Of a stretch of 64,000 nt of DNA, positions 37,015 to 45,256 are shown piece after piece. Position 1 is the stretch's first letter; each line of letters begins with the position of its first letter. The notes under the pieces were generated by a model. It was given only the letters and a program-made list of their open reading frames with translations, made no database searches and was not told where the DNA came from. Both the position numbers and the translations under genes were made by a program. The DNA is from Agathobacter rectalis. Its GTDB lineage: Bacteria > Bacteroidota > Bacteroidia > Bacteroidales > Muribaculaceae. Where the stretch lies: assembly GCA_963625945.1 (NCBI GenBank), contig CAVFVP010000001.1:8666-72665 (forward strand). Direction: 5' to 3'.

Positions 37015-38700
37015 TTAGTTGATGCCCGACAGGTTGTATTTGGCAAACTCAAGGTCGGTGCGGGCTTTGGCGGCCAGAGAGCTGTCGAGGCGCACGGCCT
37101 GCTTGAGGTTGCTTATGGCCATCTGCTCGTTGTTGGTGCGTGCGCCAAGCACTGCCATCAAGTAATAGGTGGTGGCGTCGGGATTGGTCACCGAGGCGAG
37201 CGTGCTGCTTGCCGAGCTATAGTCCTTGGTGAGGATTTGCGCAAGGGCGGCATTGTTGGTCTTTGAGTCGCCAAAGGCGCGCACGGCAGCATTGTAGTCG
37301 CCGGTCTTGAGGTAATACACACCCAGGGCGTCGCCCAGTTCCTTCACGCCGGCTGCGCTACCCAACTTCTGGTTGGCATCGCTGTAGTTGCCCGCGAGCA
37401 GAGAGCAGAGGCCCAAGTTCATTTTCGCCTCGCTGCTTTGCGGGTTGAGTTGTGCAGCTTTGGTAAAGCTTTCCTTGGCTCCGCTGTAGTCCTTGGCCTG
37501 ATATTGGCAAAGGCCCTCGTTGTTGTAGGCGCGGTAATCGTTGGGATAGATTTCGGCACACTTCTGATAGGCGGCCTTGCGTGCCGAGTTGTCCTTGAGG
37601 GTGCTTGCATAGTAAAGCAGCTCTTCGTTGGTGAGGCTCTTGGGGTCGGACTCATAGGCAGCCTTCATTTCCTCATCGGTCTTGCCGATGGTGTTGATCG
37701 ACGCTGTGAGGCGTGAGTAGCGCAACTGCGGCAGCACTTCCTTGGCAAGCTGGTCGAACACCGACGACAGGTTGCGTATTTCGCGTTCACGCACCTCGGG
37801 GTCCTTATACATCGACAACACACTCAGAATCAGGTTCTTGTCTTGGATGTTGCTTTCCGACACGAGTTTTTGGAATCCGTCCCAGTCTTGTGCCGTGAAA
37901 TCGGCAGTGAGGCTTCCGGCATCGGTTATGCCGTCTTTCTTGAGCTGGCTGTTGAGATACTTCTTGGTGTTGTCCTCGCGGCCCGATGCAATGCGTGTGT
38001 TGAGTTTCACACCGCCCTCGGGAGAGGCATACGACGAGATGTTGATGCCCTCAACCTCCTTCTTGGCATCGCCTTGAGCGTCCTTCACCGTCTGATGAAG
38101 GTCCTTGAGAGCCTGCTGGCGCAACTCGCTTGCGCGCACATTGGTCTGGTTGATGAGGAACTTGATGTCGGCCGTGTATTTTTCGTTAATCACTTTTTGG
38201 AACTTGTCGGGAGCCAAGGCCGGTGTCACGGTGCCGGCATCGGCCAAAGTGGCTGTGGCCACAACGCCGTTGGCTACCTTCACTCGTGGCAATGCATAGC
38301 TCTTGTTGCCCTGCTGCACCTTGAAGTCGAGCCACAGGTTGCTGTTGGCCATGTCGGGGGTGTAAGTGTAACTTGCCGGGATTGTGAGTGTGCCGCCGGT
38401 CTCATAAGGCACCACCTGATAGTTGCCGCGCACCTTCTCGCCTTGCACCACATAGGGTGTCGACGTGGTCTCGTTGCCGCCATACACCAAAGTGGGTGTA
38501 ATGGTGAGCTCGGCATTTTTCACAAAAAACTTTGCGGGGATGTTGGCGGTGACAGTAGCCGGCACTTTCTCGCCCACCACGGCAAGCGGAGTGGGATTGA
38601 CCGTAAAGTTCTCGGCTTTGAAATCGCCCATTTTCTTGCTGCAACCCGTCAGAGCTAAAACTCCTATCGCAGTGCAGGTTAACATTAAGTTCTTTTTCAT
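37015..38700 (-). CDS. Lipoprotein with OmpA-like and TPR domains
   Basis: Lipobox LTGC, SYASPEG...R OmpA-like motif, C-terminal TPRs (YPNDYRAYNN...). Confidence 0.85.
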   Translation of the reverse strand: MKKNLMLTCTAIGVLALTGCSKKMGDFKAENFTVNPTPLAVVGEKVPATVTANIPAKFFVKNAELTITPTLVYGGNETTSTPYVVQGEKVRGNYQVVPYETGGTLTIPASYTYTPDMANSNLWLDFKVQQGNKSYALPRVKVANGVVATATLADAGTVTPALAPDKFQKVINEKYTADIKFLINQTNVRASELRQQALKDLHQTVKDAQGDAKKEVEGINISSYASPEGGVKLNTRIASGREDNTKKYLNSQLKKDGITDAGSLTADFTAQDWDGFQKLVSESNIQDKNLILSVLSMYKDPEVREREIRNLSSVFDQLAKEVLPQLRYSRLTASINTIGKTDEEMKAAYESDPKSLTNEELLYYASTLKDNSARKAAYQKCAEIYPNDYRAYNNEGLCQYQAKDYSGAKESFTKAAQLNPQSSEAKMNLGLCSLLAGNYSDANQKLGSAAGVKELGDALGVYYLKTGDYNAAVRAFGDSKTNNAALAQILTKDYSSASSTLASVTNPDATTYYLMAVLGARTNNEQMAISNLKQAVRLDSSLAAKARTDLEFAKYNLSGIN

Positions 38701-38918
38701 AACAACGAAGTTATTAAGATTATATTTTGTCTGTTAATTTGATGGTTAAAAAACGCCTCGGCACAGGCGCGGCGTGCGTGGTTGCCAATCGGCACACGCC
38801 AGCCCTGCCTGGCTATTTTGTGTAAAGATACTGATTTAGTTGCACAAAAGCAGTCTCGGCACCGTTTTTTTTCAGACCAACGGTGCGCCCGGCACGTTTT
38901 TCACATCGGCATGCACGG

Positions 38919-39293
38919 TCACTGCTGAGGCGCAGCAGGCGACTGGGGTGCCGACTGATGAGCCGAGCCAAGGAGTTCAATGGTGTCGGCATACACCTCG
39001 GTAGTGTACCGCTTCACCTGGTTGCGGTCTTCCCAAGAGCGCGTGCGCAATTTGCCTTCCACATACAGTTTCGAGCCCTTGTGCACATAGCGCTCCACCA
39101 CTTCGGCCTGTCGCCCCCACACCACCACGGTGTGCCACTCGGTGCGCTCGGGCACCTGTGCGCCCGACTGTGTGGTATAGGCGCGCTCACTAGTGGCAAG
39201 GCGCAGACGGGCAATGATTTGCCCCTTTTGCGGATAGCTGATTTCGGGGTCAATCCCGACGTTGCCCAATAAGATTACTTTGTTGACTGACAT
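38919..39293 (-). CDS. ssb: Single-stranded DNA-binding protein
   Basis: SVNKVILLGNVG, LATSE, TEWH, KGSKLYVEGKLRTRSW, TEV. Confidence 0.95.
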   Translation of the reverse strand: MSVNKVILLGNVGIDPEISYPQKGQIIARLRLATSERAYTTQSGAQVPERTEWHTVVVWGRQAEVVERYVHKGSKLYVEGKLRTRSWEDRNQVKRYTTEVYADTIELLGSAHQSAPQSPAAPQQ

Positions 39294-39363
39294 GATTGTT
39301 CAGTGATTTTTGTGTATTTATATATGAATTCTGGCTGTTGTCCTCACAAGTGTGCCGCCTCTG

Positions 39364-40158
39364 CTATTTCACCGAGGCCTTGAGACCACTCACCACACTT
39401 GATGTGAAGCCGCCGGCCTCCATTGCATTCAGGCCTTTGATGGTGAGCCCCCCGGGGGTGGTCACCTTGTCGATTTCAGCTTCGGGATGGCCGCCAGTCG
39501 ACCTCAGCAGCGCCACGGCACCTGCCATGGTCTGCATCACGATTTGCTTGGCAGTGTCGGCTGGCAAGCCGAGTTCCACACCACCCTCGCTGGCAGCGCG
39601 GATATAGCGCATCACATAGGCAATGCCACACGAAGCCAGGGCTGTGCATGCCGGCATCACCCTCTCATCGACCACCATGGTCTGGCCCAGTTCGCCGAAT
39701 ATGCCCTCCACGGCGGCAAGTTGCGACTGCGTTGCGCCACGGTGGGCAATGAATGTCATGCTCTGATGCACACTGATGGCGGTATTGGGTATTAGCTGAA
39801 ACACAGTGGCTTCTTCAGCCTGACTGCCGGCATATGCCACAAGCCTGTCGAGCGTGACACCCGCCACTATCGACACGAGCATCTGCCGCTTGTAGTCGAT
39901 CACGCCTTCCAGACCGCTCATCACCTCATCGAGAAGCCATGGCTTCACAGCCACAATCACCACATCGGCTCCGGTTGCAACCTCGGCATTCGACAGCGTG
40001 ACGTTTATATCGTCATATTCTGCCTTGATGGCATCAAGCTCGCCTCGGCGGTTTGGCGAACTAAGTGATATGTCGGCTGTAGCCACCTTGTTGCCGGCGG
40101 CCAGTCCGCGGGCAATGGCTCCGCCCATGTTGCCTGCTCCTATAATTCCTATCTTCAT
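39364..40158 (-). CDS. proC: Pyrroline-5-carboxylate reductase
   Basis: IGAGNMGGAI, AVKPW, PNTA, VTTPGGLTIKG. Confidence 0.95.
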   Translation of the reverse strand: MKIGIIGAGNMGGAIARGLAAGNKVATADISLSSPNRRGELDAIKAEYDDINVTLSNAEVATGADVVIVAVKPWLLDEVMSGLEGVIDYKRQMLVSIVAGVTLDRLVAYAGSQAEEATVFQLIPNTAISVHQSMTFIAHRGATQSQLAAVEGIFGELGQTMVVDERVMPACTALASCGIAYVMRYIRAASEGGVELGLPADTAKQIVMQTMAGAVALLRSTGGHPEAEIDKVTTPGGLTIKGLNAMEAGGFTSSVVSGLKASVK

Positions 40159-40285
40159 AGTTGTATGTTTTGTTCAACACGTTAAAGTTTTCGGCAGGTT
40201 CGGCCACGAGGCTGAATCTGCTACAAAAATAATCAAAACTTTTCAGATTGTGAGGCGTAGCGCATGGCCGCAAAGAAATACATAC

Positions 40286-40320
40286 AAAAAAAAGCGCAAC
40301 CAAATTCATGATTGCGCCTA
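40286..40320 (-). terminator. Terminator after tRNA-Lys
   Basis: GGCGCAATC...GGTTGCGCT stem followed by a U-tract on the minus strand. Confidence 0.7.
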
Positions 40321-40322
40321 TG

Positions 40323-40395
40323 TGACCCCGGAGGGGCTCGAACCCTCGACCCACTGATTAAGAGTCAGTTGCTCTACCAACTGAGCCACGGAGTC
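40323..40395 (-). tRNA. tRNA-Lys (CTT)
   Basis: Minus strand GACTCCGTGGCTCAGTTGGTAGAGCAACTGACTCTTAATCAGTGGGTCGAGGGTTCGAGCCCCTCCGGGGTCA; anticodon CTT; promoter TACCTTTG at 40430-40423. Confidence 0.97.
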
Positions 40396-40683
40396 ATTCG
40401 GTTTATTTCCGTTTTGCGATTGCAAAGGTACTGCTTTTTTTTGAATCGGCAATACTTTACCGGCAAAAAATGTGATTTTTTTTATCGAAGCACTTAAAAC
40501 CGGCTTCACGGCCCGTCAGCTGCACCCCTCAAACCATGTCGTGGAGGGCACATATGCCTATATAAATAATGTGTAACTGCCGCTAAACAGCCAACAATTA
40601 CACAAAATGTACAAAAGTGTGCCAAAATAGGAATAATAGTGGTAACTTTGTACCCTAAACAATTCAGAATCGAACAAAACGTT

Positions 40684-42342
40684 ATGATGAAGGAAAACAC
40701 CATAAAAATTTTTGAACAAAGCTTCAAAAGCAACTGGGAACTTCCAGCCCTAAGCGACTACAACTCGAAATCCACACAGACCTACGGCGACTTTGCCCGC
40801 AGCATGGCCCGCCTGCACCTGGTCTTCAAAACGATAGGCATCAAGCCCGGCGACCGCATAGCGCTCATCGGCAAAAACACACCGGCGTGGGTCAACGTGT
40901 TTATGGCCACAATCACCTATGGAGCCGTGATCGTACCCATTCTACAAGAATTCAATCCGCATGATGTGCAACACATAATCAACCACAGCGAGTCGAAAAT
41001 GCTTTTCGTGAGCAATTCGATTTGGGAGAACCTGGACTTCGACGGGCTCAGCCGCATCGAGTCGGTGGTTTCGCTCGACAGCCACAATGTGATGGCACAG
41101 CGCGAAGGCCTTGAGGTGGACAAGGCTATCGCTAATGTCGACGATGAAATGCAAAAGGCATACCCCAACGGTTTCGGCCCCGACGATGTGAAGTATCCCG
41201 ACGTGCCCAACGAGAAACTGATGGTGATCAACTACACATCGGGTACCACCGGCTACAGTAAGGGCGTGATGATTAGCGGCAACAACCTGTGTGGCAACAT
41301 TGTGTATGGCATCAACTCGCAGCTGCACCGCCGCGGCACACGCTGCGTGTCGTTCCTGCCGCTGGCACACGCCTACGGCTGCGCATTCGACATGCTTGCC
41401 CCGCTCGCAGTGGGAGCCCACATCACCCTGCTCGGCCGCATACCGTCTCCCAAGATACTGGTAAAGGCCATGAGCGAGATAAAGCCCAACCTGGTGATAT
41501 GCGTTCCGCTTGTGCTCGAGAAGATATACAGCAAGATGATTGTGCCCATGATAAGCAAGGGAATGCTGCGCTGGGCGCTTGCCGTGCCTGGCCTTGACAA
41601 AAAAATCTACGGGCAGATTCGCAAAAAGCTCGTGGAGGCTTTCGGCGGAGAGTTTGAGGAAGTGATTGTGGGCGGCGCCCCATTCAATGCCGAGGTCGAG
41701 GAGTTCCTCTACAAAATCAAGTTCCCCTTCACAGTGGGCTACGGCATGACCGAGTGCGCCCCGCTGGTGAGCCACACCCCGTGGCGCGAATTTGTGCTGC
41801 ACAGTGCCGGCCGCGTACTACCCGGCCTGATGGAGTGCAAAATACTCAGCGATGATCCCGAGAACATTCCCGGCGAGATCTGTGTAAAGGGCGAGAACGT
41901 GATGATGGGCTACTTCCACAACACCGAAGCCACCGACAAGGTGCTGGCCGACGACGGCTGGCTGCACACCGGCGACATGGGCACCCTGAGCGCCGACGGC
42001 ACAGTGTTCATCAGAGGCCGTCTCAAAACGATGCTCCTCAGTGCCAACGGGCAAAACATTTACCCCGAAGAAATAGAGGCAAAGCTCAACAACATGCTTT
42101 ATGTGAACGAGAGTCTGGTGGTTGACCGCAACGGCAAACTGGTGGCCCTAGTCTACCCCGACTACGATGCCATGGACCGCGACGGTGTGACGCGCGACAA
42201 GCTTCCCGAGCACATGGAGACGGTGCGGGCCGAGCTCAACAAGCTGGTGGCCCCATATGAGCGCATTGCCCAAATCGAGCTTATGGCCAACGAGTTTGAA
42301 AAGACCCCAAAACGCAGCATCAAGAGGTTCCTCTACAAGTGA
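40684..42342 (+). CDS. Long-chain fatty acyl-CoA synthetase (AMP-binding)
   Basis: YTSGTTGYSKGVM, GYGMTE, GWLHTGDMG, GQNIYPEEIE. Confidence 0.93.
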   Translation: MMKENTIKIFEQSFKSNWELPALSDYNSKSTQTYGDFARSMARLHLVFKTIGIKPGDRIALIGKNTPAWVNVFMATITYGAVIVPILQEFNPHDVQHIINHSESKMLFVSNSIWENLDFDGLSRIESVVSLDSHNVMAQREGLEVDKAIANVDDEMQKAYPNGFGPDDVKYPDVPNEKLMVINYTSGTTGYSKGVMISGNNLCGNIVYGINSQLHRRGTRCVSFLPLAHAYGCAFDMLAPLAVGAHITLLGRIPSPKILVKAMSEIKPNLVICVPLVLEKIYSKMIVPMISKGMLRWALAVPGLDKKIYGQIRKKLVEAFGGEFEEVIVGGAPFNAEVEEFLYKIKFPFTVGYGMTECAPLVSHTPWREFVLHSAGRVLPGLMECKILSDDPENIPGEICVKGENVMMGYFHNTEATDKVLADDGWLHTGDMGTLSADGTVFIRGRLKTMLLSANGQNIYPEEIEAKLNNMLYVNESLVVDRNGKLVALVYPDYDAMDRDGVTRDKLPEHMETVRAELNKLVAPYERIAQIELMANEFEKTPKRSIKRFLYK

Positions 42343-42607
42343 TTTGCACTGCCAATAATAGGAAACGCTCTGCAGCATAACATTAATTAACACTTGGCGA
42401 TTAAACCCTCAGAAACTTACGTTATTAACTATCGCACAAGTACTTACACAACATATCAGTGCAAAAAACGCTTAAAAAAACATTATCAAAGCGACAAAAA
42501 CACTCAAAAAAAACACGAAAATTGTTTGCATATGAGTTTTTTGTTATAAATTTGCATCGATTTTGAAAAAGAAAATTATTGTTTTATTATTTAAAAAAAT
42601 TACTGAA

Positions 42608-42811
42608 ATGAAAAAGTTAGTTTTATTACTTGCTGTTGTTTTTAGTGTATCACTTTTCTCTTGCGGCAACGCCGACAAGAACGCTGCTGCTACTGACAGC
42701 GCTGCTGACACTACTGCCGTTGTTGACAGCGACAGCGCAGCTACTGACAGCGCTGCTGCTCCTGCTGACAGCGCCGCTGCTCCTGCTGACAGCGCTGCTG
42801 CTCAGAAATAA
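42608..42811 (+). CDS. Small Ala/Asp/Ser-rich lipoprotein (67 aa)
   Basis: MKKLVLLLAVVFSVSLFS-C lipobox; own promoter (TAAATTTG 42547-42554) and terminator; GCT-biased codons. Confidence 0.8.
   Translation: MKKLVLLLAVVFSVSLFSCGNADKNAAATDSAADTTAVVDSDSAATDSAAAPADSAAAPADSAAAQK
42744..42805 (+). repeat. 21-bp tandem repeat, about 3 copies
   Basis: CTGACAGCGC(T/C)GCTGCTC(CTG/AG) units encoding DSAAAPA. Confidence 0.85.
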
Positions 42812-42844
42812 TCTGAACACTGCACAATAGCAAAAAAAGAAAGA

Positions 42845-42880
42845 GGCTGCTTCCACCAGATGTGGAACGCAGCTTTTTTT
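42845..42880 (+). terminator. Intrinsic terminator
   Basis: GGCTGCTTCCAC...GTGGAACGCAGC stem followed by T7. Confidence 0.75.
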
Positions 42881-42987
42881 ATGCCCGCCGCCACCTGTGC
42901 ACGAACGGCAAACGGCAGGCCCCGACCAGCATGCCATAGGCTACGGACGCAGCGCGGTGCCGCCACACAATTTTAAAGGCATGATAT

Positions 42988-43018
42988 TTTGAAATGAGGT
43001 CAAGTTGCATTATCTTTG
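42988..43018 (+). promoter_or_regulatory. Primary-sigma promoter for the nagB-like gene
   Basis: TTTG-N19-TATCTTTG, about 190 nt upstream of the ATG. Confidence 0.6.
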
Positions 43019-43211
43019 CTTGAACGCCATGTACCCGTGGCAATCCACCAATGCCCGGATATCGGCCACCCGATTCTGCACTCAGAGCGGCACATGCGTT
43101 CGGCCAAAATGCCATGCCAAGGCTTTAGGGAAAATTTCAGGCATGCACTTTGACATCACCTATTGCTTTATTTGATTTTTCCCGGTTTAACAAAATTACG
43201 ACTTTCAGCAC

Positions 43212-45221
43212 ATGAGGACTGACTTAAGCTCACTCATCAAGCTCGGACAGGTTTCAAGGCAACACTTCCACCCTAGCGCCGAAATGGAACTGGCATCACT
43301 CACACGATGCGAAAAAATTCCTACCACAATCAACTGCTCCCCCGAAGAAGGCGCGGCAGCGGCCGCACGGTTTGTGGCCAAGACCATTGACCAGTGCGTG
43401 CAAGAGCGCGGGCGCTGCGTGATTGGCTTAGGAGCGGGACGCTGCGCCCTCGACGTCTACGATGAGCTGGTGAAGATGTATTTTGCCGACAAGGTGAGTT
43501 TTGCCAATGTTGAGATTTTCAACATCAGCGAACTGTGGATAGGCAACTCGATTGCTCTCGACTCAGAGCAGAGCACCATGCGCAGAATCAACGAGCGGCT
43601 AATCAACAAAATCGACATTCTGCCCGAGCACGTGCACACATTCAGCCTAAAGGCCAACGATGAGAACGTGTTCAGAATGTGCAAGGACTATGAGGCTGAG
43701 ATCGACGAGTTCGGCGGCCTCGACATCGTGGTGTGCGAGCTCACCAAAAGCGGAAGCGTGGCCTTCAACGACCCCGGCTCGGCAATGAGCACCGGATGCC
43801 GCCTGACCTCGCTCAGCAACGATGCCCGACGCCGCGTGGCCGACAGCTACCAGTGCAATGTGGCACCGCACACGGCCGTGACGCTGGGCATGAGCAATTT
43901 TTTGGGTTGCCGCAACATGGTGTGCGTGGCATGGGGCATCGACAGTTCGGAGGCTGTGCGCAATGCAGTGGAAGGGCTGTGCACCGACCAGGTGCCGGCA
44001 TCGTTCCTGCAAATGCACGCCTCAGCCCACATCTATGTCGACATCGACGCTGCATCGAGCCTCACCCGCCTCAATTTCCCATGGCGTGTGGCAAGCTGCA
44101 ACTGGGACGACCAGCTGGTGCGCCGGGCCGTGGTGTGGCTGTGCGGACAGACGGGCAAGCCGATACTGAAACTCACCAACAAGGACTACCACGACAACGG
44201 CCTCAGCGAACTCGTGGTGCTGTATGGCTCGGCCTACAACGTGAATCTGAAAGTGTTTAACAACCTGCAGAACACCATCACCGGATGGCCTGGCGGCAAG
44301 CCAAACGCCGACGACACGCACCGTCCCGAGCGGTCGGCACCGTTTCCCAAGCGCGTGGTGATATTCAGCCCTCACCCCGACGACGCCGTGGTGTCGATGG
44401 GCGGCACACTGCGCAAACTGACGCAGCAAGGCCACGAGGTGTATGTGGTGTTCCAAACGAGCGGCGACGTGGCCGTGAGCAACAACGACCTCACACGCAC
44501 AGTGATGCTGATAAAGCGCATAAGCAAGCACTACGGGCTCGACAACAAGATACAGCAGCAACTCGACTCATCGATTTCGAGCTACATCAGCAACATGGCG
44601 CCCGGCGACGTCGACGACAGCGACATGCGCTACATCAAAGGGGAAATCTTCGTGTGTGAGGGGTTGATGGCCTGCAACTACATGGGAGTGAAAAGCGAGA
44701 ATGTAATCGAGCTCAAGATGCCATTCTACACCGAGGCCCCATTCGGCAAAGGCCGCGTGAACGAAAGCGACATTGCCGCAGTGAAGCGCGTCATAGAGCA
44801 GATACAGCCACATCAGATATATTTCGCAGGCGACATGAACGACCCCTACGGCACCCACTCCCGCGCCATCGACAGCGTGCTCGGAGCCCTCGACCAGCTC
44901 AAGGACTCGGCACTGATGCAACAATGCCGAGTGTGGATGTACCGCGGCCAATGGGCATCGTGGAACATCGACGACATCGACATGTCGGTACCCATGAGTC
45001 CCGAGGAGTTCCGCTTCAAGCGCGACGCAATCCTCAACCACCAGTCACAAATCCACGACGCCCCGTTCCGCGACACCGACGACGACAAGCTGTCGTGGCA
45101 GCGGTCGATCGACCGCAACAAGAGCATTGCCGACCTCTATGCCAAGCTAGGCCTCGCAGCCTATGAGGCAATCGAGGCATTCGTGCAATACGACCCGGCA
45201 AAATCATCAGACGAAAAATAA
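43212..45221 (+). CDS. Glucosamine-6-phosphate deaminase-like / PIG-L deacetylase-like fusion with degenerate active sites
   Basis: Bacteroidales long NagB architecture (TITGWPGGKPNADD, FSPHPDD, SMGGT), but FNISEL and GSVAFNDPG replace the canonical FNLDEY and GHIGFNEPG. Confidence 0.8.
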   Translation: MRTDLSSLIKLGQVSRQHFHPSAEMELASLTRCEKIPTTINCSPEEGAAAAARFVAKTIDQCVQERGRCVIGLGAGRCALDVYDELVKMYFADKVSFANVEIFNISELWIGNSIALDSEQSTMRRINERLINKIDILPEHVHTFSLKANDENVFRMCKDYEAEIDEFGGLDIVVCELTKSGSVAFNDPGSAMSTGCRLTSLSNDARRRVADSYQCNVAPHTAVTLGMSNFLGCRNMVCVAWGIDSSEAVRNAVEGLCTDQVPASFLQMHASAHIYVDIDAASSLTRLNFPWRVASCNWDDQLVRRAVVWLCGQTGKPILKLTNKDYHDNGLSELVVLYGSAYNVNLKVFNNLQNTITGWPGGKPNADDTHRPERSAPFPKRVVIFSPHPDDAVVSMGGTLRKLTQQGHEVYVVFQTSGDVAVSNNDLTRTVMLIKRISKHYGLDNKIQQQLDSSISSYISNMAPGDVDDSDMRYIKGEIFVCEGLMACNYMGVKSENVIELKMPFYTEAPFGKGRVNESDIAAVKRVIEQIQPHQIYFAGDMNDPYGTHSRAIDSVLGALDQLKDSALMQQCRVWMYRGQWASWNIDDIDMSVPMSPEEFRFKRDAILNHQSQIHDAPFRDTDDDKLSWQRSIDRNKSIADLYAKLGLAAYEAIEAFVQYDPAKSSDEK

Positions 45222-45256
45222 GAGAATAACAACACTATAACACATCACACTTTCCA

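Noticed and set aside
40159..40395. tRNA-Lys as an integration site
   Set aside because: Flanked by proC and acyl-CoA synthetase; no att duplication or mobile genes seen.
42744..42805. Short tandem repeats as a CRISPR array
   Set aside because: In-frame coding repeats without unique spacers; no cas genes in the window.
43019..43211. glmS ribozyme upstream of the amino-sugar gene
   Set aside because: Conserved core not recognisable, and the downstream gene is not glmS.
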